From assembly GCA_024137785.1 (NCBI GenBank), contig JAHRHZ010000099.1, positions 4,156,384-4,220,383 of the forward strand: a DNA stretch of 64,000 nucleotides, read 5' to 3'. Source of the stretch: Ginglymostoma cirratum. Its lineage: Eukaryota. Below are positions 1 to 12,175 of this stretch, piece after piece; position 1 is the stretch's first letter; each line of letters opens with the position of its first letter. The notes below the pieces were generated by a model. That model had not been told where the DNA came from. It worked only from the letters and a program-made list of their open reading frames with translations, and ran no database searches. The position numbers were made by a program, and so were the translations under genes.

Positions 1-474
1 TAAGGTTCTTCTTCAATTTGCTGGTTGATCAGGTGAACTTGTGTTTTTTTAATATGAATTATTTCTTTTAAGGTTTTCTGGGGTTTTTTTCGCTTTTCCT
101 TACAGCAAAGGAGTGAAGGATGCTTTCTGTCTGCCGGAATTGGATGATTTTTCCACACTTCTGCTTTTGACCCTTACAGCTTTTAATACTCTGCAGTTCA
201 ACCAATTAGAGTGCTGTTATGAGAGAGTATTTCTTTAACTTGAATGATTCCCTGCCATTCAGTCACAACTTCTTCCTCTCACTGCTTCCACAAAGTAGCA
301 ACATAGCACACAGCTTAACAATGTGCACATTTCATTTTTAAATTGCAAGACTGTCTGGCTTTTCACTTCATTTCATTTCGGCTTCCAGACCAAAAAAATG
401 CGGTTTCTTGCAATAATCACCATCAATCACAAGTTTGGGATATATGGGGCAACTGGCTTGGTGTGTTAGTGACC

Positions 475-640
475 AAAACAGAAATTGCTGAAAAATCTCA
501 GCAGATCTGCCAGCTGATGCCAGATTAGAGTTAACGAAACATTAACTCTGATTTCTCTCCACAGCTGCTGCCAGATCTGCTGAGATTTTTCAGCAATTTC
601 TGTTTTTGTTTCTGATTTCCAGCAGCTGCAATTCTTTGGG
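475..640. mobile_element. PLE-terminus-derived hairpin element (ribozyme core deleted)
   Basis: Perfect 35-bp inverted repeat 475-509 / 572-606; same sequence family as the PLE termini at 17995-18125 and 18900-19040. Confidence 0.8.
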
Positions 641-693
641 TTTTTTTTTATTTAGTGTGTTCGTGATGTATTTATTTGATTCTTATTTTTCAG

Positions 694-837
694 ATGGATC
701 AAGAAGTTACCCATTTGCAACGTAAACTTTCTGAGCTGGAAACAGCACTTGAGCAAAAGCATGTGGAACTTAAAGCATCTGAAACCCAGAAGTCAATCCT
801 GGAACAAGACTTAGCCACGTATATAACAGAGTGTAGT
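694..837 (+). CDS. CIT: CIT exon (48 aa, [48 protein letters not shown]), phase 0/0
   Basis: ttatttttcag acceptor, gtaagc donor; matches mammalian [48 protein letters not shown]. Confidence 0.96.
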
Positions 838-959
838 GTAAGCAGAAGCTACTGTTTATTGAACTGTGTCTAAGGACGATATTCAGATTACTTCAGCTTG
901 TTCTAGATTTTAAACACCTCTAATTTTCCTGGGTGACATGACCATTATCATGGCATCAT

Positions 960-1160
960 GTCCCTCAACCCTAACTTTGGAAGTCTTTCTTTCTACTCTT
1001 GTTTAAGGTGCTCCTTTAAAATTTATCTGTCTGGCCAAACTTTGGGTACCTTTCTCACATCATATTGTGTTGCTTGGTAGCAAATTTTATCCGACAATGC
1101 TTTCATTAAATATCTTGATAATTTTGCTATGTTAAAAATGCTGTATATCTAAGTGTAATC
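960..1160 (+). mobile_element. L2-type LINE 3' end fragment, highly decayed
   Basis: Reverse complement resembles the element at 42500-43040; typical L2 tail pattern. Confidence 0.5.
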
Positions 1161-2874
1161 TATTTTATTCATAAACAAAAATAGAAAGTATGTGTAGGAC
1201 TGATGTACGTTTTTAAACATCGTCAGGAAAAATATTGAATTTTTGATACAAACTGAACCAGTGTTGGTTGGCTCCGTTTGTCTTGCCGTGGACTGAAATG
1301 TTTCTCTTTAACTTGTTTACCCCATATGCTTTGTATCAGTATAATTACATTAATCTAGTGGACTTTATTACCACAATGCAAATATTTGTTGCTTAATGAC
1401 AAAATGTTGACTTTGTCCTTCTTTTATTCTCCCTTATTTCCTGAACGTTATTTACAATGCTATGTATAAAAGCTATGATTTCATGGCATCATCAATGCTC
1501 AGGTACCTCACCCCAGTGATTCTCCTATATGAACTTTGACAGTGATTAACAATAGTCTATTCAAATATGAAGAGCCACTATAGTAGAGCTTGATCTTTCT
1601 CTTGGGCACGGTTTTCCCAAAGTCTGTTTAACCTTTATATAAAATGGAAGCACAATTTTTTTTTTCTAACCGAATTAATATTTTGATTATATCAAATCCT
1701 CTCTGGGATTACCAGACTCGGCGCGAAGTTAGGAATTGAACGGGGGCACTTTTTGTCTGAAAAGTTTTATTGCATAGCATGCAGTGAATTTAGTGCAAAT
1801 TTAGACTCAGCTTTCCAAAGCAACTTCTGTCAATATTATTACCTATTAAGCTTTAAGAACAGTGGACTTTTATTGCAATGTCTACTAGCTTAGCATTTCA
1901 GTCCTGAGTGCCCATTTCAATTTAATGAATGGTTGCTGTTATTAGTGTATTCACTTGTCAGATCTGATCTAAAGAAGTCTGAAAGGGTAAATCTTCAACT
2001 GCAGGTCAAGAAGAAAACTAAGCTCAGGAATGCCTGGGGAACACATAAGATTTACATGTCCACCTTATTCCAGGATACTTTTAATTGACTGATTAGTTGG
2101 CACCTATTACAGGACCTACTACCTTGCTTGGGTGTTTGGTTTGATGACTTAAATAGTGGTTGTAATAATTAGGGCTAGAAAGGGGACATTAAATAAATAT
2201 TGGTTGTGAGGGAGAAGGTTGTGTGAAAGGAGTTTTGGTAGGTTAGAGGGAAAAGACAAGGCAATAGTTCTGGGAAGTGATAATGTTAATAGTAACCGGA
2301 GTGTGACCGGAGGAACGGAATGTACAAATGTAAGAGTAGATGTGTCGGAAAGTACGGTCAGAGTAGTATAACAGCTGTTTGTTTTCATTTTTGTGCTTTT
2401 TAAAATTGTAGACTGAAATGCGAATGAGGTATTTTAAAAGCCAAAATTGGATGTACGCTTTTAAAAGCGAGTAACCTGATACTCATGGCAGCAGTAAGTG
2501 AAGTCAAAATGAAGTCACTTTATCTGAATGTGTCTAGTGTCTGCAATAAGATAGATGAAGTTGTGTCATAATTGAAGATAACTGGTTTAGCTCTCATCAC
2601 CATTAAAGACACAAGATTGCAAGGTAACCAAGACTGGGAAATAAATATTCCACAGTATACCACATTTAAAAAGATAGGCTTGGAAAAGGAGAAGTAATAC
2701 CAAGGATTACAGAAGATGATAAGTACAATAGTGATAAAGGATCTTATCTCGAAACATCTGGAAATAGAGCTGGTAGTATGGGTGGAGATAAGGAATAGCA
2801 AGGGTCAAAAACACAGGTGGGAACAGATTATAAGTTCCTTAACTGCCATATGGTTGGACAGAGTATTAGGCAAT

Positions 2875-2876
<2 letters not shown>

Positions 2877-2905
<29 letters not shown>
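2877..2905. repeat. Poly-T run (29 nt)
   Basis: Direct reading. Confidence 0.95.
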
Positions 2906-4899
2906 GAAGCTTTTAACCAGGGCAGATTAATAGTTGTAGGGGACTTAATTTTTTATAAGACTGTGTTCTGAAAATCGGTTTGTAGAATACTCTTGTGACA
3001 GTTTTTTTGGAGTGATATTTTATGCAATCAACACAGAATAAAGCTATTTTAGACCTCATATTATGCAATGAGGCAGGACTGATATATAATGTCTTAAAGG
3101 ATTTGCTAGGAAATAGTGATTACATTACAAGTAAACTGCAGATTAAATTTAAAACCACATACTCCAAATACAAACAAGAATCGTGAAGCCAATTGCATAG
3201 GCTTGAGGAGAGAGCTGGTGAAAGTTGTTTGGTGGTAAATAAATTGAGGGAAGCATTTAAAGAAACAACTCAATGTCCAGCAGAAACGTCTGCTATAGTG
3301 AAATAAAAACTCAACCAAAAAGATCAGTCTGTGGCTTACAAAGGAGATTAGATGAATAGGCTATTGATCAAAATAGTCAGATGATTAAGGACTTGGAGCA
3401 TTTTAGAAAGCAACGAGGGCCACAAAATAAAGTCAGTAAGGGAAAATATAGAATGAATAAAATAACTTAGAAAATTAAATTTTTAGAGAACTTACAGTAT
3501 CTAAAAAGGCAGAGAGTAGCTAAATATTGGTATCTTAATGGCAGAGACGGGATAAATGAGGAGCAAGGAAATGATAGTGTGTTTAAACAAATATTTTGTG
3601 TTTTTTACTTTGAGTACTGATACAAGTCACATGCCAAAAACAGCATAACCTAGGGATTGGGTAAGAGTGAGGAAATTAAGGAAATTTTATATCAATTTGA
3701 TACACAGAATAAACATTAGAGGAACTTGGGAGTCTGAAATTTGACAAGTCCTCTGGGCCTCTTGACCTGCCTGCTATGGTTCTCAAACGGACATCTGTAC
3801 AAGTCATGAATGCGCTAGCTGTGATTTTCCAAAAAGTAACTTTCTAAATGGTCCCAGAATTGGAAGTTTGCAAATATAATATCGTTATACAAGAAAGCAA
3901 GGAGAGGGAAAACTGAGAACAACAGGCAATTCAGCCTGCCAACAGTCATCAGGAAATTGTTAGAATCTATTATAATTAAAAAAACATAATAAGATTATGC
4001 CAAATTAACATCATTTTATGAACAGGTAATCCTGTTTGACAAATTTGTTAGCATTTATTGAGGTAATAAGCTAGACACTGAGGAATCAGTAGATATTGTA
4101 GATTTTGATTTCCATTAGGTTAAGGCACAAGGTAAGTGCCCATGGAATGACATATTAGCATGGATTAAAGATTGGGTAATGGTCAGGAAGCAGAAAATAG
4201 ACATAAATCAGGTATTGTCAAATTGATAAGTTGTGATGAATGGAGTGCCATAAGGGCTGTCAGCTGTTTAATGTCTATATTAATGACTTAGACAAAAAGA
4301 CTGAGTAATGCATCTACGTTTGCTGTGACAAGGTGGAAATGCAAGCTGTGAGGAGGACACAGTGGCTGCAAATAGATATAGACAGGTTAAGTGAGTGTGC
4401 ATCAAAATGGCAGATGGAGTGTAAATGTGAGGCTACTCACTTTGGTATGTAAGATTAGAAAAGCAGAATTTTTAAAAGGCATGAAACATATAAACATTGA
4501 TGTTCAGAGGGACTTAGGTGAACTTGTAAAGGAATCTCAAAAAGGTTAGTATGTAGGTACAGTAAACAAATAGGAAAGCTTGGTGGCCCTTATTACAGTC
4601 AAAGGATTTGGAGTACAATGGTAAAGATGTCTTACTATTTGTTGCAAATCCACGGGACTTTGGTGACACCAAAATATTGCATGCTGCTTTGACCTCTATA
4701 GTTAACGAAGGAAGTACCTGCATTGAAGGCAGCACAGTAGAGATTCATCAGATCGGTGCCTAGGATATAAAGGTTGTCCAATGATAACAGGCTGAGTAAA
4801 TTTGGTCCACGTTCTTCCTAGTTTGAAAGAATTGGAGATGATCTCACTGCAACATTTACACATGCAACATGTTTCAAGATTTGAAGGGCGTGATAGTTA

Positions 4900-5221
4900 G
4901 AGTTCTCATAGTCCCAGAAGACGATAGGGCTGCTCCCTCATTAGAGAGAGTTGGTTGGGCATTTAACTTGAGGGTCACCATGCATCAGGCAAGGGGAGAA
5001 GTTGAGAAGGAGAGTCTTTCATGGAACAGAAACAAATTTCTGAAGAAACTCGAAGTGTGGCAGCATCTTTGGAGAGAAAGTAGAATTAATGTTTTGAGTT
5101 GAGAGACTGTTCTTTAGAATACTAACCTCCCTCATTGTAACCTCAGCTGATGTGAGAATGCTGACATCACATTGACATCACTCTGTAACGCAAACCATCC
5201 ATCCAGCCAACTGAGCTAACC
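4900..5221 (-). mobile_element. tRNA-derived SINE (head GGTTAGCTCAGTTGGCTGGA on - strand) carrying a nested PLE-terminus fragment at ~5025-5118
   Basis: A-box-like head; second copy of the same family at 14365-14551. Confidence 0.7.
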
Positions 5222-5399
5222 AGCAGATACTGACAGATTGCTTCTTTTGGCTGGGAAATCTGGAGCAAGGCGTATGGTTTCAGGAAAAGGATACAATGAG
5301 ATTTTATTTACTTCAAGGGTTGGAATTCCAAGAACTATGTCACCATGCCTGATTATTGATATTTCACAATATTCCTGGGTTTTCTGATTGCCTGTCTGA

Positions 5400-5582
<183 letters not shown>

Positions 5583-5624
5583 TAGGATTGGAGGAAACTG
5601 TTCTAGAGCAGTTTGACTCAGTTG

Positions 5625-5782
5625 GGTTAACACAGAGTGGAGCTGGAGGAACACAACAGAGAAAGGGTCCTGACCCGAAACATCAGCTTTCCTGCTCCTC
5701 TGATGCTGCCTGGCCTGCTGCGTTCCTCCAGCTCCACACTGTGTTATCTCAGACTCCAGCATCGGTAGTCCTTACTATCTCT
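5625..5782. mobile_element. PLE-terminus-derived hairpin element with partial hammerhead (stem II + GAAAC)
   Basis: Arms acacagagtggagctggaggaac / gttcctccagctccacactgtgt; central gggtcctgacccgaaacatc. Confidence 0.8.
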
Positions 5783-6119
5783 GACTCAGCTGGGTATTCT
5801 TTAAGTTGTACTTCTATGTGATGAAACTTTGGTCATAGTTCAATCTCAATGAGTACATGTTTTCAAACCTGGGATATTCGCAATGAATTGTTCCTATGAT
5901 GGTGTTCAGCCCTATATTTTATTGTCTGGGTTTACTGCTTTCATACTTCTAGCCTCACTTAAGGATATCACCAAGCAATTATTCATTACAGTTCTAATAC
6001 TGAACAATTTTTCTGTCACTTTTACATGGGATTCTTGTCAGATGCTTTATATTGCACCTTTGTCACATTTCTCATAAATGTCACCAAGCATTGCAAAAAC
6101 AGTGAATTATTTTCAAGTG

Positions 6120-6560
6120 TGGTGACACAGAAAGCTAGCGCACAGGTGCAGCAGGTAATCAGAAAGGCTAATGGAATGTTGGTCCTTATTTCAAGGGTTG
6201 GAATATAAGAGTAAGGAAGTCTTACTGCAACTGTACAAGGTGTTGGTGAGACCACATCTGGAGTACTGTGAGCAGTTTTGGTCCCAGTTTTTGGAGGCAG
6301 TTCATAGAAGGTTTGCTAGAGCAATTCCTGGTATGGAGTGATTGTGTTATGAGCAAGGGCTAAACAGGTTGGGATTCGATTCATTGGAGTTTAGAAGAAT
6401 GAGAGGTGATCTTATGGAAACACACAGAATTCTTAAGGAACTTGACGAGGTAAATGCTGGCAGGCTGTTACCCCTCATGGAAAAATCTAGGACGAGATGG
6501 CACATTTTCCGAATAAAGAGGCGCCAATTTTATTCTGTGTGAAATGAGGATGAGTTTCTC
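6120..6560 (+). mobile_element. CR1 LINE 3' fragment
   Basis: VQQVIRKANGML, LVRPHLEYC, SLEFRRMRGDL motifs. Confidence 0.85.
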
Positions 6561-8205
6561 CTGAAAGACCAAACGGTCTTTTTGATGGTATTAATTGAGA
6601 GAAGCTCAGTTGGAGAATCAGCTCTTCAAATGCTGCCATATTTCAACGTGAGCCATTCAAGTAATTCCTCACCAATACTGAAAAAAAGCCCTTCACTTTT
6701 TTTAATATAAACCTTAAGGTGAAGTTCACTTACTGTAAAAATTTCTTTACCTAATCAATTATAAAACTGAGTTTAGATAATGACTCATGTAAGAAAAATT
6801 TATGTTAGAAGCAAGGGTTAATATTTTGCAGTATAGGGGAGGGAAATATTGAAGTATTATTAATAGCACTAGTGAACAGTTTTAAGATGTGGATGATGTT
6901 TGATGACATGTGTAATGACATTTTTCATCTTATCAGTGTAACGGGGAACACGGGCTTGGCAGAATTACAAGTGGAATTAAGAGTTGACTTTTAGACTGTG
7001 TAAGCAATTTGGGGGAGAAGGGCATTAAGGGAAAAATGTCCTGGATCTGGCAGCAATAATTTTCTGACGGATTGCTATAAACATTGGTTGATCTTTAAAA
7101 CAATTCAATCAATAAATTTATCCCTTTCTATTTAATAAACAATGATCATGACTGAATAAACAAAATACAAATTTTACTCATCTGCAAGTACAAAATCTGC
7201 TTCCACACATACACTGACCGTCCCCTGTTCTATTTAACCACAACTTCTATCAACTACTCTACTGTCTTTGACATGTCCTGTCAGTGTTCAATATCAAATA
7301 ATGGGTGTGCAAATGCTTATACTGGAAGCTAGTCACACATCTTGGTAACCTTCGAGATAAATCTGCGTTATGACTGGTTAAACCATGGAGTTACTTGAAC
7401 ATAAAGATTAACGTTCTAGATATGAGAATATAGATATGATCATGAGACGTAGGTGCAGAAGTAGTCCATTCAGCCCATTGAGTCTGTTCTGCCATTCAAT
7501 GAAATTGTGGTTGACCTGATGATCCTCAACTTCCCTTTCCTGCCTTTCCCCAAAAACCTCGATTACCTTACAGATTTAAAGGCTATCTCGGCCTCGAATA
7601 TACTTCCATAGGTTCACTACTTTCAGACAAGAAATTCCTCCTCATTTCTGTCCTAACCAGGTGACCCCTTATTCTGAGATTATGCCCTCTAGTCCTAGAT
7701 TTCCCCCATAAGAGAAACAACCTCTGTCTTACATGCACATCTATCTTACCAAGCCCTCTAAGAATCTTGTATGTTTCACTATGGTCGCTTGTCATTCTTT
7801 TGAGCTACAGTGTATACAAACCTAACCTACTCGACTCTCCTCATAAGAGAATCGCCAAGTAAACCTACTCTGGTCCACCTTCAGTGCTAGTAATTTTCCC
7901 TTCTATAATGAGACCAAAACCGCTCACAATATTCTAGTGGTTTAACCTGTGGTCTATATAGTTTTAGTAAGACTTCCCTATATTTCTACTTCATTCCCTT
8001 TTAAATGAAGACCAACATTTCCATTTGGTCTCCCTATTACCTGCTGAACCTGTATGCTAGCTTTTTATGATACATACACATGGATGCCCAGATTCCTGCA
8101 GCTTCTTCCAGTTAAATAATATTCAGCTTCTCTAATCTCCCTGCCAAAGTGCGTAAGCTCACATTTTTCGACATTATATTCCAACTGCCAAGTTTCTTCC
8201 CACTC

Positions 8206-8532
8206 TCAGAATCACAGAACCCGTACAGTGTGGAAAGAAGGCATTTGGCCCATTTGAGTCTGTGCTGACCCTTCAAAGGGCTATCCACCCAGACCCAGCA
8301 ACCCCAAAATCCCCGTAATGCCACATTTCCCATGCCTAATCCACCCAGCCTGCACATCCTTAGACACCAAGGGACAATTTACCATGGTCAATCCACCTAA
8401 CCTGTGCATTTTTTGGATTGTGGAAGGAAGCCCAAGCAGTCACTGGGAGAATGTGCAAACTCCACAGAAACACCCATGGGTAGAAATGAACCCAAGTCCC
8501 TGGCACCGAGAGGAGTGTGCCACGATACTGCC
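8206..8532 (-). mobile_element. HE1-like V-SINE, decayed
   Basis: Reverse complement of the V-domain (agaatgtgcaaactccac, aatccacctaacctg) seen intact at 29310. Confidence 0.85.
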
Positions 8533-8559
8533 TTTACTTTTAAATTCACTTCTGTGTTC

Positions 8560-9045
8560 TGGCGTGGTAGGCTGGGCCAGCATTTATTGTCCATCTTTCT
8601 TTATTTGCCCTTGAGAGGAGGTAGTCAGTTACCATCTTGAACCACTGCAATTCGCTTGGTGTAAAAATGTTGTTAAGGAGGGCAGGAAGGGGTTCCAGGA
8701 TTTTGACTTAGCCACACAAAGAATAGCGATACATTTCCAAATCCGGATAGTGGTTAGATTGGAGGGGAACTTGTAGGTAACGGTGTTCCCATTATATGTT
8801 GCCCTTATTCTTATAGATGGTACTGGTCATGAGTTTGGGAAGTTTTTTCTAATGAACCTTGAAGTTTTGCAGTCCATTTTGTACGTGGTAAACGCGCTGC
8901 TGCCATTGGGAAACAGTGATTTGAGGGAGTGATATGATACCAACCTGGTGAGCTTTGTCCTGGATGGCATAAGGCTTTGAGTGTCATTGAAGCTGCTCTC
9001 ATCCAGCTAAGTGGGGGAGAGTTCCATCACACTCCTGGCTTGTGC
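8560..9045 (-). mobile_element. 3' end of a second LINE family (CR1/L2 group)
   Basis: ccagcatttattg tail; homologous blocks at 22870, 41990 (+) and 53475. Confidence 0.7.
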
Positions 9046-9464
9046 TCAGTTAATCTGTCTCTATTCTTCTAGGGACTTTGTGTCTCACCACTTGCCTTTT
9101 ATCTGTTTTTCTGTCATTCTTCAGTATTAGCAATAATATATTCACTACTCTCATCCAGTCAGTAATATATTTTAAAATAGTTATGGCCCCTGCGCTGATC
9201 ACTGTGGCTCTCCACTAATAGCTGGTTGCAATTCTGAAAATGACCCACCCTCATCCCAACCCTCTGTCTTCTATTAGCTAGCCAGTCCTCCAAGTATTTA
9301 AATAAAGATTCTCCTCTCCATGAGGTCTAATTTTATTCAGTAGCCTAATATGTGGCACACAATCAAACACCTTCTGGAAATCCAAATATATTACATCACT
9401 GCTTCTCCTTTATCAGTCTTCCTTGTTACATCTCCTAAGAATTATAATAAATTTGTCAGGCATG

Positions 9465-11825
9465 GTGAGGAATTTAAGTGTTCAAGAAAAGTTTTATTAT
9501 CAAAAATACTAGAGAAGGAGCAAAACTTGACCTTCTGTTGAGAAATAACATAGGGCAGATGACTGAAGTGTTAGTGGGGAAGCACTTTGGGACCACTGAT
9601 CATCATTCAAATAGTTTTAAAATAGTTATAGAAAAGGATAGGCCTTGGATAAATGTTAAAGTTCATAATTGGAGTAAAGCAAACTTTGATGATATGAGAA
9701 AGAACTTTCATCCGTTGATTTGAGTAGACTATATGCAAGTAAAGGGACGACTGGCAAGTGGGAGGCTTTCAAAAGTGAGACAACAAGAGTTCAGAGGCAT
9801 CATGTTCCTGTTAGAGTAAAGGGTAAGTCTGGTAAGAGTAGGGAACAATGGATGAATAAAGATATTGAGGTTCTGACCAAGAATAAGGAGTCATATGTTA
9901 GGTGTAGACAATAGGGATCAAGTGAATCTCCTGAAGGTTATGAGCGATATAGAAACATTCTTTGAGGGAAATCAGGCGGCAAAAATGGGATACGAGATAG
10001 CTTTGGCAGAAAAGGTTAAGGATAATCCAAAGAGATTCTACAAGTACATTAAAAGCAAAAGAGCAGCCAGGGAGAAAATAGGGCCCCATAAAGATTAACG
10101 AGGTCATCTATGCGTGAAACCACAGGAGATGGGAGAGATACTAAATGAATACTTCGTGTCAGCTAGGGAACTTGGGGGAAATAAATATTGATGTCTTAGA
10201 AACAGTCCACATTACAGAAGAGCAAGTGCTGGAGGCCTTAAAAAACATAAAGTTGGATATATCTCTGGGAACTGATCATGTGTATCCTAGGACGAAGTGG
10301 GAAGTTAGGGAAGAAATTATAGGGCCCCTCACAGAGATCTTTCTATCATCTACAGCCACTAGTGAAGTACAGCCACTAGTGAAGTGCCAGAGGACTGGTT
10401 GGTGACTAATGTTAAGCTTTTATTTAAGAAAGGCTATAAAGAGAAGCATGGGACCTATAGCCCTGTGACTCTGACATCAATGATAGGTGAGTTGTTGGAG
10501 GGGATTCTGAGAGACAGGATTAACATGCATTTAGAGAAGCAAGGGCTGATTAGGGATAGTCAGCATAGATTTGCGCGTGGGAAATCGTATCTCACAAACC
10601 TGATTGAGTATTTTTGAGGACGTAACCAAAATGATTCAGGGCAGAGTGGTTGACGTTGTTTACATGGACTTTAATAAAGCCTTTGACAAAGTTCCACGTG
10701 GTAAACTGGTTAGTAAAGTTAGATCACGTGGGATTCAGGGAGAGATTGTTAATTGGATATGAAATTGGCTTGACGGTAGGAGACAAAGGGTGGTGGTGGG
10801 GTTTGTTTTTCAAACTGAAGCCCTGTGACCAGTGGCGTTCTGCGGGGATTGGTATTGGGTCCACATTTTTTTGTCATTTGTATAAATGATTTGGATGAAA
10901 ATTTAGGAGGTGTGGTTAGTAAATTTCCGGATGGCACCAAAATTGGTGATATAGTGGACAGGGAGGAAGGTTATACAAGATTACGAAGGGATCTTGATGA
11001 TTTGGGCCAGTGGGCTGAGGAGTGGCAAATGAAGTTTAATTTGATAAATATGAAGTATTGTATTTTGGTAAAACAAATCAGGGCAGGCCTTATACAGTTA
11101 ATGGTAGGGCCTTGCATAATGTTGTCGAACAGAGAGTCCTAGGGGTTCAGGTACATAGCTCTTTGAAAATTACATCACAAGTGGACCAGGTGGTTAAGGA
11201 GGCGTTTAGCACGCTTGCCTTCATGGCTCAGACCATTGAGTTTGAGTTGTGTTGTCATGTTGAGGTTGTAAAGGACTTTGGTGAGACCGTTTTTGAAGAA
11301 CTCTGTACAGTTCTGGTTGCCCTGCTATACGAAGGATAATATTAAATTGGAGAGTGTTCAGAAACGATTTACCAGGTTACTGGCAGAACTAGAGAGTTTG
11401 AGTTACAAGGAGAGGCTGAGACATTTTTCACTGAAACGTAGGAGATTGAGGGTGACCTTTGTAGAGGTTTATAAAACCATGTGGGGCATATATAAAGTGA
11501 ATAGCAAAGGTTTTTATTCCCTGGTGTGGATGAGCTCAAAACTAGAGGGCATATTTTTAAGGTGAGCAGAGAAAGATTTAAAGAGACCTGCGAGACAACT
11601 TTTTCTCACAGGGTTGTTCATATGTGGAGTGAACTGCCAGAGGAAGTGGTAGATGCAGGTACAGTTACAACATTTAAAAGATATTTGTGTAGGTACATGA
11701 ATAGGAAAGGTTTGGAGGGGTATGGGCCAAATGCAGGCAGGTGAGACTAGTTTAGTTTAGTTTTGGAAACTAATGGATGGATGAGTTGGACCAAAGGGTC
11801 TGTTGCCTTGCTGTATGACTCAATA
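9465..11825 (+). mobile_element. CR1 LINE, 5'-truncated, decayed ORF2
   Basis: LDLLLRN, YSPVTLTSMIG, SQHRFARGKSYLTNL, GLVLGP..FVICINDLD..KFPDGTK, WAEEWQMKFN, TRGHIFK; tail ctgtatgact. Confidence 0.92.
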
Positions 11826-12063
11826 TGGAATTGACAATGAGTTTGTCATGAATGGTAAAATTATGGAGAGTCTAATTTAGAATGAGACAGTGGAGGTGAA
11901 AGAGAATGCAATTAGTGATTTAAGGTATGATAGCCATAATTTTGTGGGACACAAATACAATGGGTTTGGTCTTTATCTGTTTTAACTGGAGCAAATTATG
12001 GCTCATCTAAGCTTTATTGTCAGACAAGTTGTCTTATGACACAAAGGTTGGCAGTGAGATTGT

Positions 12064-12175
12064 AGATATTTTCTAATCAACCTGTTCAGAAATTTTATTA
12101 CGTACCTCTGGAACTGGTTGGACTTGGACCTCCTGGCTCAGATGTAGGGACACTACCACTGTACCACAAGATCTC
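12064..12175 (-). mobile_element. Short (~115 bp) tRNA-derived SINE
   Basis: Reverse complement of the family copy at 24168-24284. Confidence 0.8.

Larger units (their letters stand above)
2440..5365 (+). mobile_element. Decayed CR1 LINE (APE endonuclease to RT to 3' end), interrupted by a SINE and a PLE-type repeat
   Basis: YLNVSSVCNKIDE-like endonuclease start at ~2521; remnants of the DFQKAFD, W..DW...RKQ and WQME motifs; many stops and frameshifts. Confidence 0.8.
7420..9461 (-). mobile_element. CR1 LINE fragment split by two nested insertions (8206-8532 and ~8560-9045)
   Basis: SRTRGHNLRIRG..EMRRNF on - strand; CR1 sequence stops at ...cccact (8205) and resumes at cagttaatctgtc (~9047). 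Confidence 0.8.

Noticed and set aside
1-693. Citron-N-specific first coding exon (MLLGEEAM-like in rodents)
   Set aside because: No matching ATG-containing segment followed by a donor was found here.
6937-7420. Possible solo LTR (starts TGTAAC, contains AATAAA)
   Set aside because: No partner LTR, PBS or TSD could be confirmed; similar unverified LTR-like stretches occur near 47450 and 60580.
10351-10384. 17-bp tandem duplication (tacagccactagtgaag x2)
   Set aside because: Local slippage inside a dead CR1; no sign of function.
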